This document shows, piece after piece, positions 39,300 to 51,080 of a stretch of DNA of 64,000 bases. Source of the DNA: Octopus bimaculoides. Lineage: Eukaryota. How positions within the stretch are numbered: the first letter of the stretch is position 1; every line of letters begins with the position of its first letter. Below the pieces are notes generated by a model. That model saw only the letters and a program-made list of their open reading frames with translations. It ran no database searches and was not told the DNA's origin. The stretch is from the NCBI RefSeq assembly GCF_001194135.2, contig NC_068981.1:101316823-101380822 (forward strand), written 5' to 3'. Made by a program: the position numbers and the translations under genes.

Positions 39300-40210
39300 T
39301 GAATTTAGAGCAGCATAGTAACAAATGTTAACTACAATCAAGTTCCATCTGCAAGACAAGGTGACCAGGACTATAACGGACAATGGCAAAAACTTTGTTG
39401 TGGCATTTATGCAGTTTGGTGCAGAAGTTGAATTCTTGCCAGATATTTCTGAGGCTGCTGCCAATCCAGACATGGAGGGTGTTGAGAGTGTGGATCTGGA
39501 CATGGATCCTGAGGCTGGGGATGTGGATGAAGTTGAGTACATCTCTGTTGATACCATTCTTGACCAGTCCACCATCCTGGGCCTAAACTTGCCAGTGCAC
39601 ATGAAGTGCGCAGCCCATACCTTCAACTTGGCAGCCAGCATGGATGCTGACAAGGCTCTTGACACCACTTCGTTCAAGTTGGCCAACAGGAAGGCCATGA
39701 AATCTACAGCACAGTGGTGGCAGACAGCATTCTAGATGGATTGAAGAGGAGGCTGGTGGTCCCCAACAGTACCAGATGGAACTCCTACCTATGACTTTGC
39801 TGTTGTCCTCAACGACCTGCTGGAGAAGAATAGGGAAGCTGTCCACAAGGTGATGACACAGCTGAAGCTGCAGACTTTCACTGATTCTGATATCGGCTTC
39901 CTGATGAAGTATGCCCAAGTGATGTCTAATGTTGCCAAGGCCTTGGATAGAATCCAGCAGGAGGAGTCTATCAACTGTTGCGGCTACCATCATGGTGTTG
40001 AAGGAGGCCAAATTCAAACATCTCCTGTACTGTAGTCCTCTGGTAGACGTGATACTGGCAGGTATCATGAAATGGTTTGGGCTCCTCCTAGAAGACCTGG
40101 AGTACCAGCTAGCCACTGCCTTCCACCTCAAGTTTCACCTGTTCAGGCTGGAGCAGTATAATAACAGCCAGGTAAACAGTAACAAACACCATGCAGACTA
40201 ATGCAGATGG
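39300..40210 (+). mobile_element. hAT transposase relic (catalytic core and insertion domain)
   Basis: ITDNGKNF, CAAHTFNL (CxxH) and VPNSTRWNS motifs, broken by stops and frameshifts. Confidence 0.88.
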
Positions 40211-41070
40211 CAGCAGCACCACCAGCAATGATAATTGGTACAAGTATAGCCATATGGCTAAATAGTCACCTTGTTGCAACCAAATGGTTTTGAGTTTGAT
40301 CCCTCTGCACATCACCTTGAGCAACCATGGGCTGTCCAAAGTCTAGTGAATAGGTTTGGTCAACAGAATCTAAAAGAAGCCTATCGTATATATCTATATA
40401 TTTGTGTGTATGTCTGTTTGTCTCTTTGATTGACATTGTAAATGAATGTCATTCATTTTCAATATTCCTTGAAAACCTGTTTGACTATGGGAAAATATTA
40501 CCTTGCTTAGAAATAAAGTTGGTAACAGGAAGGGCATCCAGCTGTAGAAAATATGCATCAATAACCTCCATCCAATCCATACAAACTTAGGTAACAACTT
40601 TTAAAATGCTGAAGAAATACTTTGGGATAAACTGAATTATTATAGTATGATAGGATTTGTAAAGGAATAACTGATTGGGGAGTGATTCTTACTACACAAT
40701 GGAAGAACCTTGTGGTATTCCACTGTACTAGTTGATTCCATGTTTCTTTAAAGTAACCATGAAAAGCCATACCCCCTTTTACAGATTATGCCCCTTCCTT
40801 TCTTTCTTTAACTGCCCCTTTCCTTCCTTCCTTCCTTCTTTCCTTTCCTTACAATCAATTGCTTTATTTTGGTATTAAGTGAATACACAGAATTGCTCAT
40901 TAACAACTATTGGGCCACACAATTTTATAATTTAGCCTTCAACATTATTATGTAAAGATATTGATGTGCTCCCTCTCTCTCTCTCTCTCCTCTTAACCTC
41001 TTATTTCTAATAGCTCTTTCATTTGTAAAATTTCATTCAATATATTAACTATATTCTTCTCATCCTCCAG

Positions 41071-41185
41071 GGATATTGACAAAGTGCATGATTTGATGGA
41101 TGATGTAGCTGAACAGCAAGAGATTGCCAATGAAATTTCAGAAGCTATTTCCAATCCTGTTGGTTTTGGACAAGACATTGATGAG
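41071..41185 (+). CDS. CHMP4: CHMP4 coding exon 3
   Basis: catcctccAG / GTaatg, 115 nt. Translates DIDKVHDLMDDVAEQQEIANEISEAISNPVGFGQDIDE. Phase-compatible with exon 2 (AT+G = Met). Confidence 0.97.
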
Positions 41186-42339
41186 GTAATGATATGATAT
41201 TTATTGCAATTACTCTGTCTTCATTACATTATAGTTTATTCAGTGTGGTTTCTCTGCAGTGATTTTCTTCATATACACCTACTCCATATACATTACTCTT
41301 CTGCATTCTACTGATTTTGAATAAATCAAACTGAGCATTTAATTACCCTAACATTATTCTCTGATTAGATTAGAAATACTAATGAATTATAGACATAAAA
41401 TTCACTCTTACAGCAGTTTGTGTGTATGAGTGGATTTTCATCATCATATGATGTCTATATTCCTTGCTGGTCTGGTTTGAATGGTTCAACAAGATGCAAC
41501 CACTCCAATATCTGCATTGGCATGGTTTCTGTGGCAGGATGCCCTTCTGAGCACCTGTCACTAAGCAGCCCCAGAACTAGTAAGATTTTCATGCAATTTG
41601 CAAGACTGAGTGAGGCTACAATATAGAAGGATGTGGCTTTATGCTAGGAGATGAAGGGTTAAAGTATATGAGAGAGCCAGAACAGAACAAATTTCTTGCT
41701 CTAGAGAAGCTACATGGCTACTCATATTATAGAAGAGAGAGAGAATGACTGGAGTAGAGCTAGAAAGAGATAATAATCCTTTCTACTAGAGGTGCAAGGC
41801 CTGAAATTTTGGAAGGGGACTAGTTGATTACATCAAACCCAGTGTTTCACTGGTACTTGATTTATCGATCCTAGAAAGATGAAAGTTGACCTTGGTGGAA
41901 TTTGAAGACAGACAAACTGCCACCAAACATTTTGCCTGGCGTGCTAACGACTCTCCTAGCTCACCATCTTAATAATAATGATGATGAGGTGTCAGGGTAG
42001 GCCTTCAAGATTCAAGGTGAGAAGAAATGGGAAGTGAATGGGGTGAATATAATGAATGAAGGAATATAATGAATGAAGAACAAGTGTTGAGAAATAAGTA
42101 GGAAAGAGTAGGTGACAACTATAGAGATCAAGTAAAATTGAGTAATATATGTAGTAAATGGTGACTAAGGAGTGGGAGGTGATCAATAGACATGAGTTGA
42201 TGGAGAAGAGAGAGATGACATTTGGTTGGGTGGGTTGCAAGAATGTGGAGAGTGGAAGATGAAGATATAATTTGGTGACTGAGGAGGCGATCAATGTAAA
42301 ATGCAAGTGAAGTGAATAATATTAGGAGTGAAGTTTATA

Positions 42340-42739
42340 TTATGGGACCGCCAAATTTAGGTGGCAAATATACTTCACAATTCCATGCTGCTACTGTTTA
42401 CTTCTGGCTCAGAGATTTAATATTGCTTGTTTCTCCTTTTTTGAGATAAGCAACAGTTTGTCGCTGGAAAAAGCATATAGTATTTTGCGTTTGGAATGAG
42501 TTCTCGTTGCTAGCTGGTGATTATCAAACACTGATGACCAGTTACTACCCAGAAACCCTGGTCTGTGTGTATCATGTAAGGCTAGAGATGGGAACAATGA
42601 TTTCCCTTTGCAAATACTAATCAGACACAGACAGTGTGTTGTTAGCCAGCTGCAGGAAATGTCCTCCTGGGGCTATAAACAACAGTAGCATCATCACTTA
42701 TGGGACTGCCACAGTTAGGTGGCAAATATATATCACAAT
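42340..42739 (+). mobile_element. Retrozyme-like / PLE-LTR-like 358-bp unit bounded by 42-bp direct repeats
   Basis: Repeats 42340-42381 and 42698-42739 are 37/42 identical, and an internal hammerhead core is present. Confidence 0.6.
42524..42570 (+). ncRNA. Minimal type I hammerhead ribozyme motif, stem II degenerate
   Basis: caaaca-CTGATGA(42531-37)-14 nt-GAAAC(42552-56)-cctg-GTC(42561-63)-tgtgtg. Stem I has 5 of 6 pairs; stem III is ACC/GGU. Confidence 0.6.
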
Positions 42740-42915
42740 ATAGATATATATATATAAAGTTTGTTTTCTATCTTCCTCTTTATGTTTTCATTTCTCATTG
42801 TGTTTAACGTTTTTTTGTGATGTCCTGTACCCATATATGCTTGTATGTATACATATAGATGTCGGTATGTACATATATGTCTGGATATATGCATATAATT
42901 ATATATTATTTATAT

Positions 42916-42943
<28 letters not shown>

Positions 42944-42953
<10 letters not shown>

Positions 42954-43546
42954 TAGTTTTAGGGAAAATAACCAAGTTTTAAGAACTCATCGATGAAAAT
43001 CCACTATCACATATAGAAAAATTAACAATTAAAAGCACAATAAATGAGTATAATATAAAGCAAAGTAAATATCATAAGATAAATATAATAAAATGATTAC
43101 ACGTGTTTCATAACTAATTTTCAAATAGAAAGGAAATTTAAATCGATTAAAATCAATTGAAATTATCGAAAATTAAATTCTATTCAAAAATATAGCTAAT
43201 CGTCAGATCTTAAGTAGAACAATAATTAGATATATATATCTCAACCAACAATAAGTACCAAATGAATTAATATGAAATACTTATTTTATAAAGATAGAAA
43301 AATTATTAAAAATATCAAAATAATAACCACTCAATAATCCTCCCTTCCTCCATTATAATAAAATTTCCTTTCTATTTGAAAATTAGTTATGAAACACGTT
43401 ATTATATTTATCTTATGATATTTACTTTGCTTTATATTATACTCATTTATTGTGCTTTTAATTGTTAATTTTTCTATATGTGATAGTGGATTTTCATCGA
43501 TGAGTTCTTGAAACTTGGTTATTTTCCCTAAAACTATATATTTTAT
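42944..43546. mobile_element. Penelope-like inverted-repeat element
   Basis: Arms 42944-43139 and 43361-43546 differ by 1 substitution and one 10-nt indel. A hammerhead on the minus strand spans the left arm and the spacer. Confidence 0.7.
43092..43211 (-). ncRNA. Type I hammerhead ribozyme with long stem II
   Basis: Minus strand aaGAT-CTGACGA(43206-43200)-long hairpin-GAAAC ACGT GTA|ATC. Palindromic stem III ACACGUGU; predicted cleavage between 43098 and 43097. Confidence 0.65.
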
Positions 43547-44599
43547 CTATAAAGCTCAATTTAATTTTAATTTTTTATAAATTGATTTTAATTGAGTTTT
43601 TACCTGTAATTTTGGATTTTGTCCCTAATATTATTATTATTATATATATATATATGTACTTCATGGACATGGTCTTAGCACCAATTTCTTTTGATGGGTT
43701 TTTATGGGTTACTGAAAGGAGAAATAGGAGTGCCCATAACCTTTTAAGAGCCTCCAAGAATGATAGAGAAAAAGGGAGGAATAAACCATGACCATTGTCC
43801 TGGTCCTGATGTTCGTAACAATGAACTTTCACTTAAGGGCCAGGTGGTAATGTTTAACTAGGTGACATGGTCTACTACCAAAAAATAGGTCTCTATCTAC
43901 CCTCTTTCAACTAGAAGTCTTTGCTTAGCCTGGGGCTATAATGAAAGACATTTATCCATGGCACTACACTAATTTATTGGTTATGAAGTGAACTTCTTAG
44001 CCATATAGTTATGCCTGGACTTCAGTGGTCTGAAGTGATGAAGCATAAATCTTTTGAGTAAAATGTGATCTGTGTATTGATTTAAATCTTTTCTGAAAAT
44101 TGGTTGGTGTTAAGAAGGACATCCAGTTGTAAAAACCCTGCCAAAACAGACTGTGAAGCCTGGTGCAGTCATCTGCCTAGCCAGTCCCTGTCAAACCATC
44201 CAACCCATGCCAGCATGGAAAACGGACTTTAAATGGTAGTGAAGAGTTGAACTGAATTGTGAAGAATTAAGTATATTGCCTAAATAAACATGTGTAAAAG
44301 ATAAGAACTGAACACAGAGTATTTTCTTTTTGTTAAAGGTACAAAACTCTTCTAGTTCATCATCATCATGTAACGTCCATTGTCCATGCTTGCATGGGTT
44401 GGACAGTTTGACCAGAGCTGGGGAGCTGCACCTGAGCCCAGTCTGATTTGGCATGGTTCCTATAGCTGGATACCCTGCCTAACACCAACCACTTTACAGT
44501 ATGTTGTGTGCTTTTACGTGGTACTGTATGTGCAGTTTTATGTGGCCCTAGGTGCTTTTACATGGCACCACTAAGAGTGCTTTACACCACCAGAGATAC

Positions 44600-44960
44600 C
44601 AGTCTTAACACTTCTTCTCTAGAGTATGGGTCTTCTTGAGTACAACAAGGCACCAGGCACCTTGGTTCTTTGTCATCTCGCCTGAAAGGGCCAGCATCTT
44701 GAGGTCATTCTTCAGTACTTCATCCCATGTCTTCCTGGGTCTCCCACATCCTCGTGTTCCATCTTCTTTGAGAGATCGGCATTTCTTTATGGAGCTATCA
44801 GCATCCATCTGACCAAACCAGCGCAGTCTTCTCTATTGCACACAACTAACATCTCTCTCAAAACACTAGCACACTGTCAAACACGTACACTTACATTACA
44901 CATCCAGCACAGCATACTAGCCTCATCCCTTTCTAACTTTTGCATGTCCTCTGCATTCAG
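44600..44960 (-). mobile_element. RTE family A-like 3' coding end
   Basis: Translates IKKCRSL..DGTRGCGRPRKTWDEVLKNDL..L.LSGEMTKN..AW...VLKKT. Confidence 0.8.
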
Positions 44961-45080
44961 GGCCCACTACCATGTAGAATCGTTTTCAGTTAATTCTAGC
45001 AGGAATACTTCTCAGAATCAAGGCTTTGTTGTGATGATTAAGAAATCTCATTGTTATTTTTTGTGTTTTTTGATTATCAG

Positions 45081-45213
45081 GATGAACTATTACAAGAACT
45101 TGAGGATCTGGAACAAGAAGAATTGGAGCGTGAATTGCTTAATGTTGGAACACCTGTCACAGATCAACTGCCGTCAGTACCAACGGGTGAACCTGAATTG
45201 GCTAGTGCTTCCA
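45081..45213 (+). CDS. CHMP4: CHMP4 coding exon 4
   Basis: tgattatcAG / GTaaga, 133 nt. Translates DELLQELEDLEQEELERELLNVGTPVTDQLPSVPTGEPELASAS, including the MIM2-like LPSVP. Confidence 0.95.
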
Positions 45214-46078
45214 GTAAGAATTTGACCATTTATCAATTCATTTATGTTGCTTATTTATATATTTTTTAAGATAGTTGCACTGAAATTAAAGTCAACCACA
45301 GGCTCCAAATTTTATTTCTATGGGCAGTTAGTATGAACATTTCAACAAAGATCTATAACACACTCTCGTGCCAAATGTTATTTCAGTCTCTTACTGATAA
45401 CAGTTCAACCACTATAGTTGAAATCAAGATTAATCACTGTGGTGTTGTATATATTGTCTGTATTTGCTGTTAGTTAGAAATCCTAGTATTTAGATAGCTA
45501 GGGTATGAATTCAAGGAGAAAAAGTTCACTGCTTAATACTAAGCAGTGTACTTCCTGCTTTTCAATTACTAGTCCAAAGGGCATAATCCAGTTACTTTTA
45601 GGGATGTTGGAAAAGTATATCGCTCTCTCTCACTCACAGACACACACCTATGTATATTGTTTTATGAGAGGAGGAAAAACAAGTAGTCCTTGCTGAAGAT
45701 GGTAATGCAACCGTTTCTAAGACTGATAGAATGGGTACAATGAGGAGGCTGTGCATCTCTGGGTCTGTAGTTATGGTATGTTGGTAAATGATTATTTGTA
45801 AATCAGTTGCACATAAACAATTCTTGCTTTCTTCAGAAAGAAGACATACCCAGAGCATGAGCACTATTCCCAAACACTAAATCACTTGCCTTTTTATCAC
45901 AAGACACTTTTGATTTAACCATTGTTAGTTTATCACTAGAATACTTGCCTCCATTTTCATAATGGATGATTGAAACTGGTCATGACCACATATACACACA
46001 CACACACACACACATATATGTATATATATGTGTGTGTGTGTGTGTATGTTTATGTGTGTGTGTGTGTATATATATGTT

Positions 46079-46120
<42 letters not shown>

Positions 46121-46700
46121 CTAGCTGGTGTACCCGGTAATTCCCGGAGGTAAAGATGTTCTATTGAAACGCCCTATTACTCTGATATAAAAAAGCAATT
46201 TCATTATAACTGTCACAAAAGGTGTATTTTCCGTCACGAAAAAGTGCAAAAAACTGTCAGCGAGAGGAGGGAGAGATTGTATATAAATATATGAATGAAG
46301 TGTTTGAAGAAAGTGCAATAATAACGTTCACTCACTGATGGTCGCTCTCAGTAACTGCCCTTAGCTTATGGAGTTCTTGTTTTTATAATTATTGAAAAGC
46401 AGCCAGAAGGATAGACATATTGTTGAGAACAAATGATTTCGTTGGAGGTCTATTATCTCCATTCCAGCCCCTGGTGGTCTGGAAGAGGTTAGAAAGGTCA
46501 AGTGGCAAAGACATTATTCTGCTTAGTGAAGGCATCTGGGAAATGTGTAATTGCTGTCATTCACATAAAAATTGTTTTACCGTGAGAATAGTGCTGTTGA
46601 AGTGTTAAGTAAAATATGGCAATCAAGGATCGAATCCGTGCTACGCTTTCATGAACCCACTACAAATACATTGTAGAATAAAAAATTCATCTACTGTCAT
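46121..46700 (-). mobile_element. Non-autonomous Helitron (3' end intact, 5' end not located)
   Basis: Minus strand CCGG-GAATTA-CCGG hairpin, then CTAG|T at 46121, abutting an (AT)n run. CpGs are retained. Confidence 0.7.
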
Positions 46701-46810
46701 GAAAAAGTGTACCAGTCCCCAGTCAAACCGTCCAACCCATGCCAGCATGGAAAGCGGATGTTAAACGATGATGATGAATGTATATGTGCATATATATATA
46801 TATATATATA

Positions 46811-47100
46811 TCATCATCGTTTAACGTCCGCTTTCCATGCTAGCATGGGTTGGACGATTTGACTGAGGACTGGTGAACTAGGTGATTACACCAGGCTCCA
46901 CTCTGATTTGGCAGAGTTTCTACAGCTGGATGCCCTTCCTAACACCAACCACTCTGAAAGTGTAATGGGTGCTTTTACGTGCCACCAGCACGAAGGCCAG
47001 TCAGGCGGTACTGGCAATGGCCACGCTCGAAATGATGTCTTTTACGTGCCACCTGCACGGGAGCCAGTCCAGCGCCACTGGCAACAATCTTGCTCAAATG
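46811..47100 (-). mobile_element. RTE-tail-derived repeat (tail at the left end)
   Basis: Plus strand tcatcatcgtttaacgtccgctttccatgctagcatgggttggacg..., the reverse complement of the (GAT)n-tailed 3' end seen at 7000-7149, 30912-30992 and 60480-60625. Confidence 0.8.
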
Positions 47101-47143
47101 TCCTTACACATATATATATATATATTGTCTTTATATATATATA

Positions 47144-47175
<32 letters not shown>

Positions 47176-47306
47176 GATAGATAGATATAATTTAGAGAAG
47201 AACCACCATTTATATTTATATACATATATATTGTGAAATTTAATTTGGTCTTACTAAATTGAATATTCCTGTACATTTGGAATGATATATTCCCTAATAT
47301 TATTAT

Positions 47307-47357
<51 letters not shown>

Positions 47358-47371
47358 GTGTTTGTATATAT

Positions 47372-48290
47372 CAGGTCATCCCATAAGTTCTGTCCGAATT
47401 TTGAATAAAGAAAACAAGTGATCAAATGTTATATTTAATTGAAATTTAATAATCAATGTACTTTCCCTGATTATCTATGACTTCCTTCCATCTATTTACA
47501 AGCTTTTTAATCCCATCAATGTAAAACTCTTTGGTTTCAAAGCGAAGAACTCTGAAATGTCAGTTTCAACCTCCTCCTGGCTTACGAAAGTTATGTTCCC
47601 CTAAATGATTCTGTAAACTATGAAACAAATGGTAGTCTGAAGGAGCAAGGTCGGAAGAATATGGTGGATGAGAAATTTTTTCCCAACCAAGCTCTTCGAT
47701 CTTCTGTGATATGATCTTTGCAGTGTGGGGTCACACATTGTGCTGATGAAACATCACTCCTTTTTGATTCACTAAATCGGGTCTTTTTTTCTTCAAAGCT
47801 TGGTTCAAACACTCTAATTGCTGACAGTAGACTTGAGCATTGATTGTTGCATTAAGTGGTAATAATTCAAAGTGAATTACTCCTTTGTAATCCCACCAGA
47901 TAGAGAGAAGAACCTTTTTCCCATGAAGTTCCCTTCTTGGTTGTAGTTGAGCTTTTTCCCTTTTACCAAGCCACTGTTCATGACGTTTAACATTTCAAAT
48001 AGAAGCTCCATTTTTTCATCACAAGTCTATCCAAAAAGGGTGAAATGAGAATGGAGAGAAGAGCAGATGTCAACTCAGGATTTGCTGTTGCTTTCGGACA
48101 ATTCACTAGGCACCCATTTTCTAAGTTTAGGAACCTTTCCAAGTTGTTGAAGATGACAATGAACAGTTGTATGGTTTGAACTAAGCTTTATTGCCAATTC
48201 TTCAACTGATAATGCAGGATTTTCTTCTAGTAATACCTCAAGGAGCTTATCAATCTCAACTGGACATACTATTTGATCTGCATGTTTTTG
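47372..48290 (-). mobile_element. Mariner transposase relic with one TIR
   Basis: Translates PHTAKII.QKIEELGWEKISHPPYSSDLAPSDYHLFHSLQNHL. A terminus caggtcatcccataagttctgtcc lies next to (TA)n; the other end was not found. Confidence 0.85.
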
Positions 48291-48385
48291 TATGTATTAA
48301 TGGTTTTAAAACATTTGAAGATGAAAAATGACCAGTTTTACGTGTTTCATTGTCTTACATGTTTCGATTTTGCTTCATTTTACAG

Positions 48386-48444
48386 GCCAGAAAGCAAAAG
48401 AGGAAGAGGATGAGTTGTCAGTACTCACTATGTGGGCTGAATAA
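48386..48444 (+). CDS. CHMP4: CHMP4 last coding exon (to TAA)
   Basis: ttcattttacAG acceptor, phase 1. Translates (S)QKAKEEEDELSVLTMWAE*, with the C-terminal LxxLxxW ALIX/Bro1-binding pattern typical of CHMP4. Confidence 0.9.
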
Positions 48445-48837
48445 CGTGAATCTTTGTTTGCCTGTTACCATCACCACATCAACTAAAATGGAACTAAGAG
48501 TTGCTAGCACAACCAACAGACCTGCTATTATTATTTTAATCATTTGCCACAAGACCATAGAAATTGGCTATGTATGACTTAATCTTCTTCTCTCCTTTCT
48601 CGCCAGAATTACAATTCTTTTCTTTTGTTGATAATGGCTGGCTGCTTTTGGCCTTTTAGCTGCTCACAACCATTTCTTACAACTATTAGGGTTGTGAAAA
48701 ATTCTGCTAATATCAATGCTTTTCTACTACAAGTGGTTAATATTAATGCTATTGAGTGCACTTGGCACAATGTGGTTGTCTAACCAACATTTCTGCTATG
48801 GTTTAATACCATATGCTAGGGTCACCTTTAGTTTTAC

Positions 48838-48891
<54 letters not shown>

Positions 48892-50380
48892 TTAGCTAAT
48901 TTAAATATTTGAAATGGAAAACATTTTTCTTGAAACAAATTATTCTGGCTTAGACTTTTAAGCTGTACTTCTGTCAAAGAGGAAGCTGGGAAGAAGTATA
49001 ATGAAAATTAATGAAAAGAGGGCAAAATAAAAAGGAAAATAAAATTCCATGAAGTTGTTACTGTGGCTGATGAAATTTCAAAGGTGCAGAGTGGAACTCA
49101 ATTTCATTCATAATGACTTGTAAGTGCTCTTTTTAAACTATCTGCAGTGGGAATAATGCAAATGCAGAGCAAAAATTTAAAGTAACAGAAAAAAATATAT
49201 AAAAAAAAATTAAAATATGATGATGATGATAATGTGAAATCATTAAGAAATGTGTGTTTGGGTGTGCACACATATACACACAAACAGCTCTGAGATATAT
49301 GCAAACATAGAAATATACATTTTAAAAAAAAGCAAAAGAAAATGCCATATATCAAGAAATGTGAGTGAAAATAAAATAAAATGTGGAAAGCATGTTATAA
49401 ATGAAAATGATAAATAAAATGGTGAAAAGGGGATGTTTTGAACGTTTTTACTGAAACTACATGTAAGTTTTTTTTTTTACCTTTTGTCCTCTCCACCCCA
49501 ATGTTTGCTCTTACTTTGACAGCTAATATTCCTGTTGCAACTCTTATGACTACTACAAGTACTCATTGCAATTCATGTCTTTTGTATACCTGTTTCGGAA
49601 GAAATATCAAATAAAGCTCCTATCCACTGTATTTGCTGTCAGTACATCAAATGATTCTCATGCCCATATGCTGCATTGTTTGTTAATGTAGGTTCTATAA
49701 CTGCTATCTCATCCCTTCACCTAATGGACTAGATATTTCACTCTCTCCCTTTTTCTCAATAAATGAATTTTAAAAGAAATCTGATTATTTCCTTTTAAAT
49801 TCAGTCTCCGCTATCTTGATATTTCCCTCGGCAATAATATTGATAATAAGAATATATTTTCATTTTCTGTTAGCATATGTTCCAAGAATATATCTTTTAT
49901 ATATGAATGCATATCTGGTGTTGATAATACAGCCTTTTATTATATATGCTAAGTTACTGTTCCACGTTCCTGCTTTTTGCATTCAGCCAGCTAGAAAACC
50001 ATTTGTTTGACACTCTCACATACATTCTTGCTGAAGAAACAAAAGCAGGCATTTATTTTTTTAAATTATACTAGTTCTGATTGCTCGTTTAACATTTCTA
50101 TTCTGTAAATGTTTATTATATATCTTTACTTTTTTTTTTTAGTAATAAAGTAACACCTTCTCTACTTCACAAACTATTTAGAACTTCTAATGGTGTTCAT
50201 ATCCTTATTTGAATAATGCTGTTGGTTTGCTTCCCTGTTGTGAATTTGCAACAATCAATTGTTACCATATTTACTTTAATACCATACTTTTTCTCATTTC
50301 TTCACAATCCTAGGTTTTATTTTAAAATATCAATACCTTCCATTCAGAAATTTTATTTCATTACAAAACCTTTCTATTTC

Positions 50381-50413
<33 letters not shown>

Positions 50414-50828
50414 GTTCTTGGTCTTTAAAATTCTTTTATACCTGTAATTTATTCTATGATCTCCAAAGTTGGTAGCAGAGAACCTTTATTTTTCATTATA
50501 CTATCACTTTTCTTCTTCCTGCTGCTGCTACTACTACCACCATCACTACACCCCTTGCCACTATGAATTTCCTGGTAACTGTTCATTCTAAAATGAATGA
50601 ATGAATGTGAGAATTCTACTTAAAGACATCGGGACATAGGACATTTGTTTAGAAATCTTCTTTATCAATTCAATAAATAACACTTATTGAGTATTTTGTC
50701 TTATGTATCATATTTTTTTTAAATCATTCTTGTTTTAGCTTTTTTTTTTTTTAATATCTCCTTAGACAGGAATGTGGAACGATTTTTGAGATTTGAAAAG
50801 TAATCCTGTTCTGAATTTCTTGAATACT

Positions 50829-50859
<31 letters not shown>

Positions 50860-51032
50860 NNNNNNNNNNNNNNNNNNNNNNNNNNNNNNNNNNNNNNNNN
50901 NNNNNNNNNNNNNNNNNNNNNNNNNNNNNNNNNNNNNNNNNNNNNNNNNNNNNNNNNNNNNNNNNNNNNNNNNNNNNNNNNNNNNNNNNNNNNNNNNNNN
51001 NNNNNNNNNNNNNNNNNNNNNNNNNNNNNNNN
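50860..51032. other. Assembly gap (173 N) within an (AT)n microsatellite
   Basis: N run flanked by AT repeats. Confidence 1.

Positions 51033-51080
<48 letters not shown>

Noticed and set aside
48391-48414. Alternative acceptor 5 nt into the CHMP4 last exon (gccAG)
   Set aside because: It would give KSKRGRG* and lose the conserved LxxLxxW end; there is no evidence of use.
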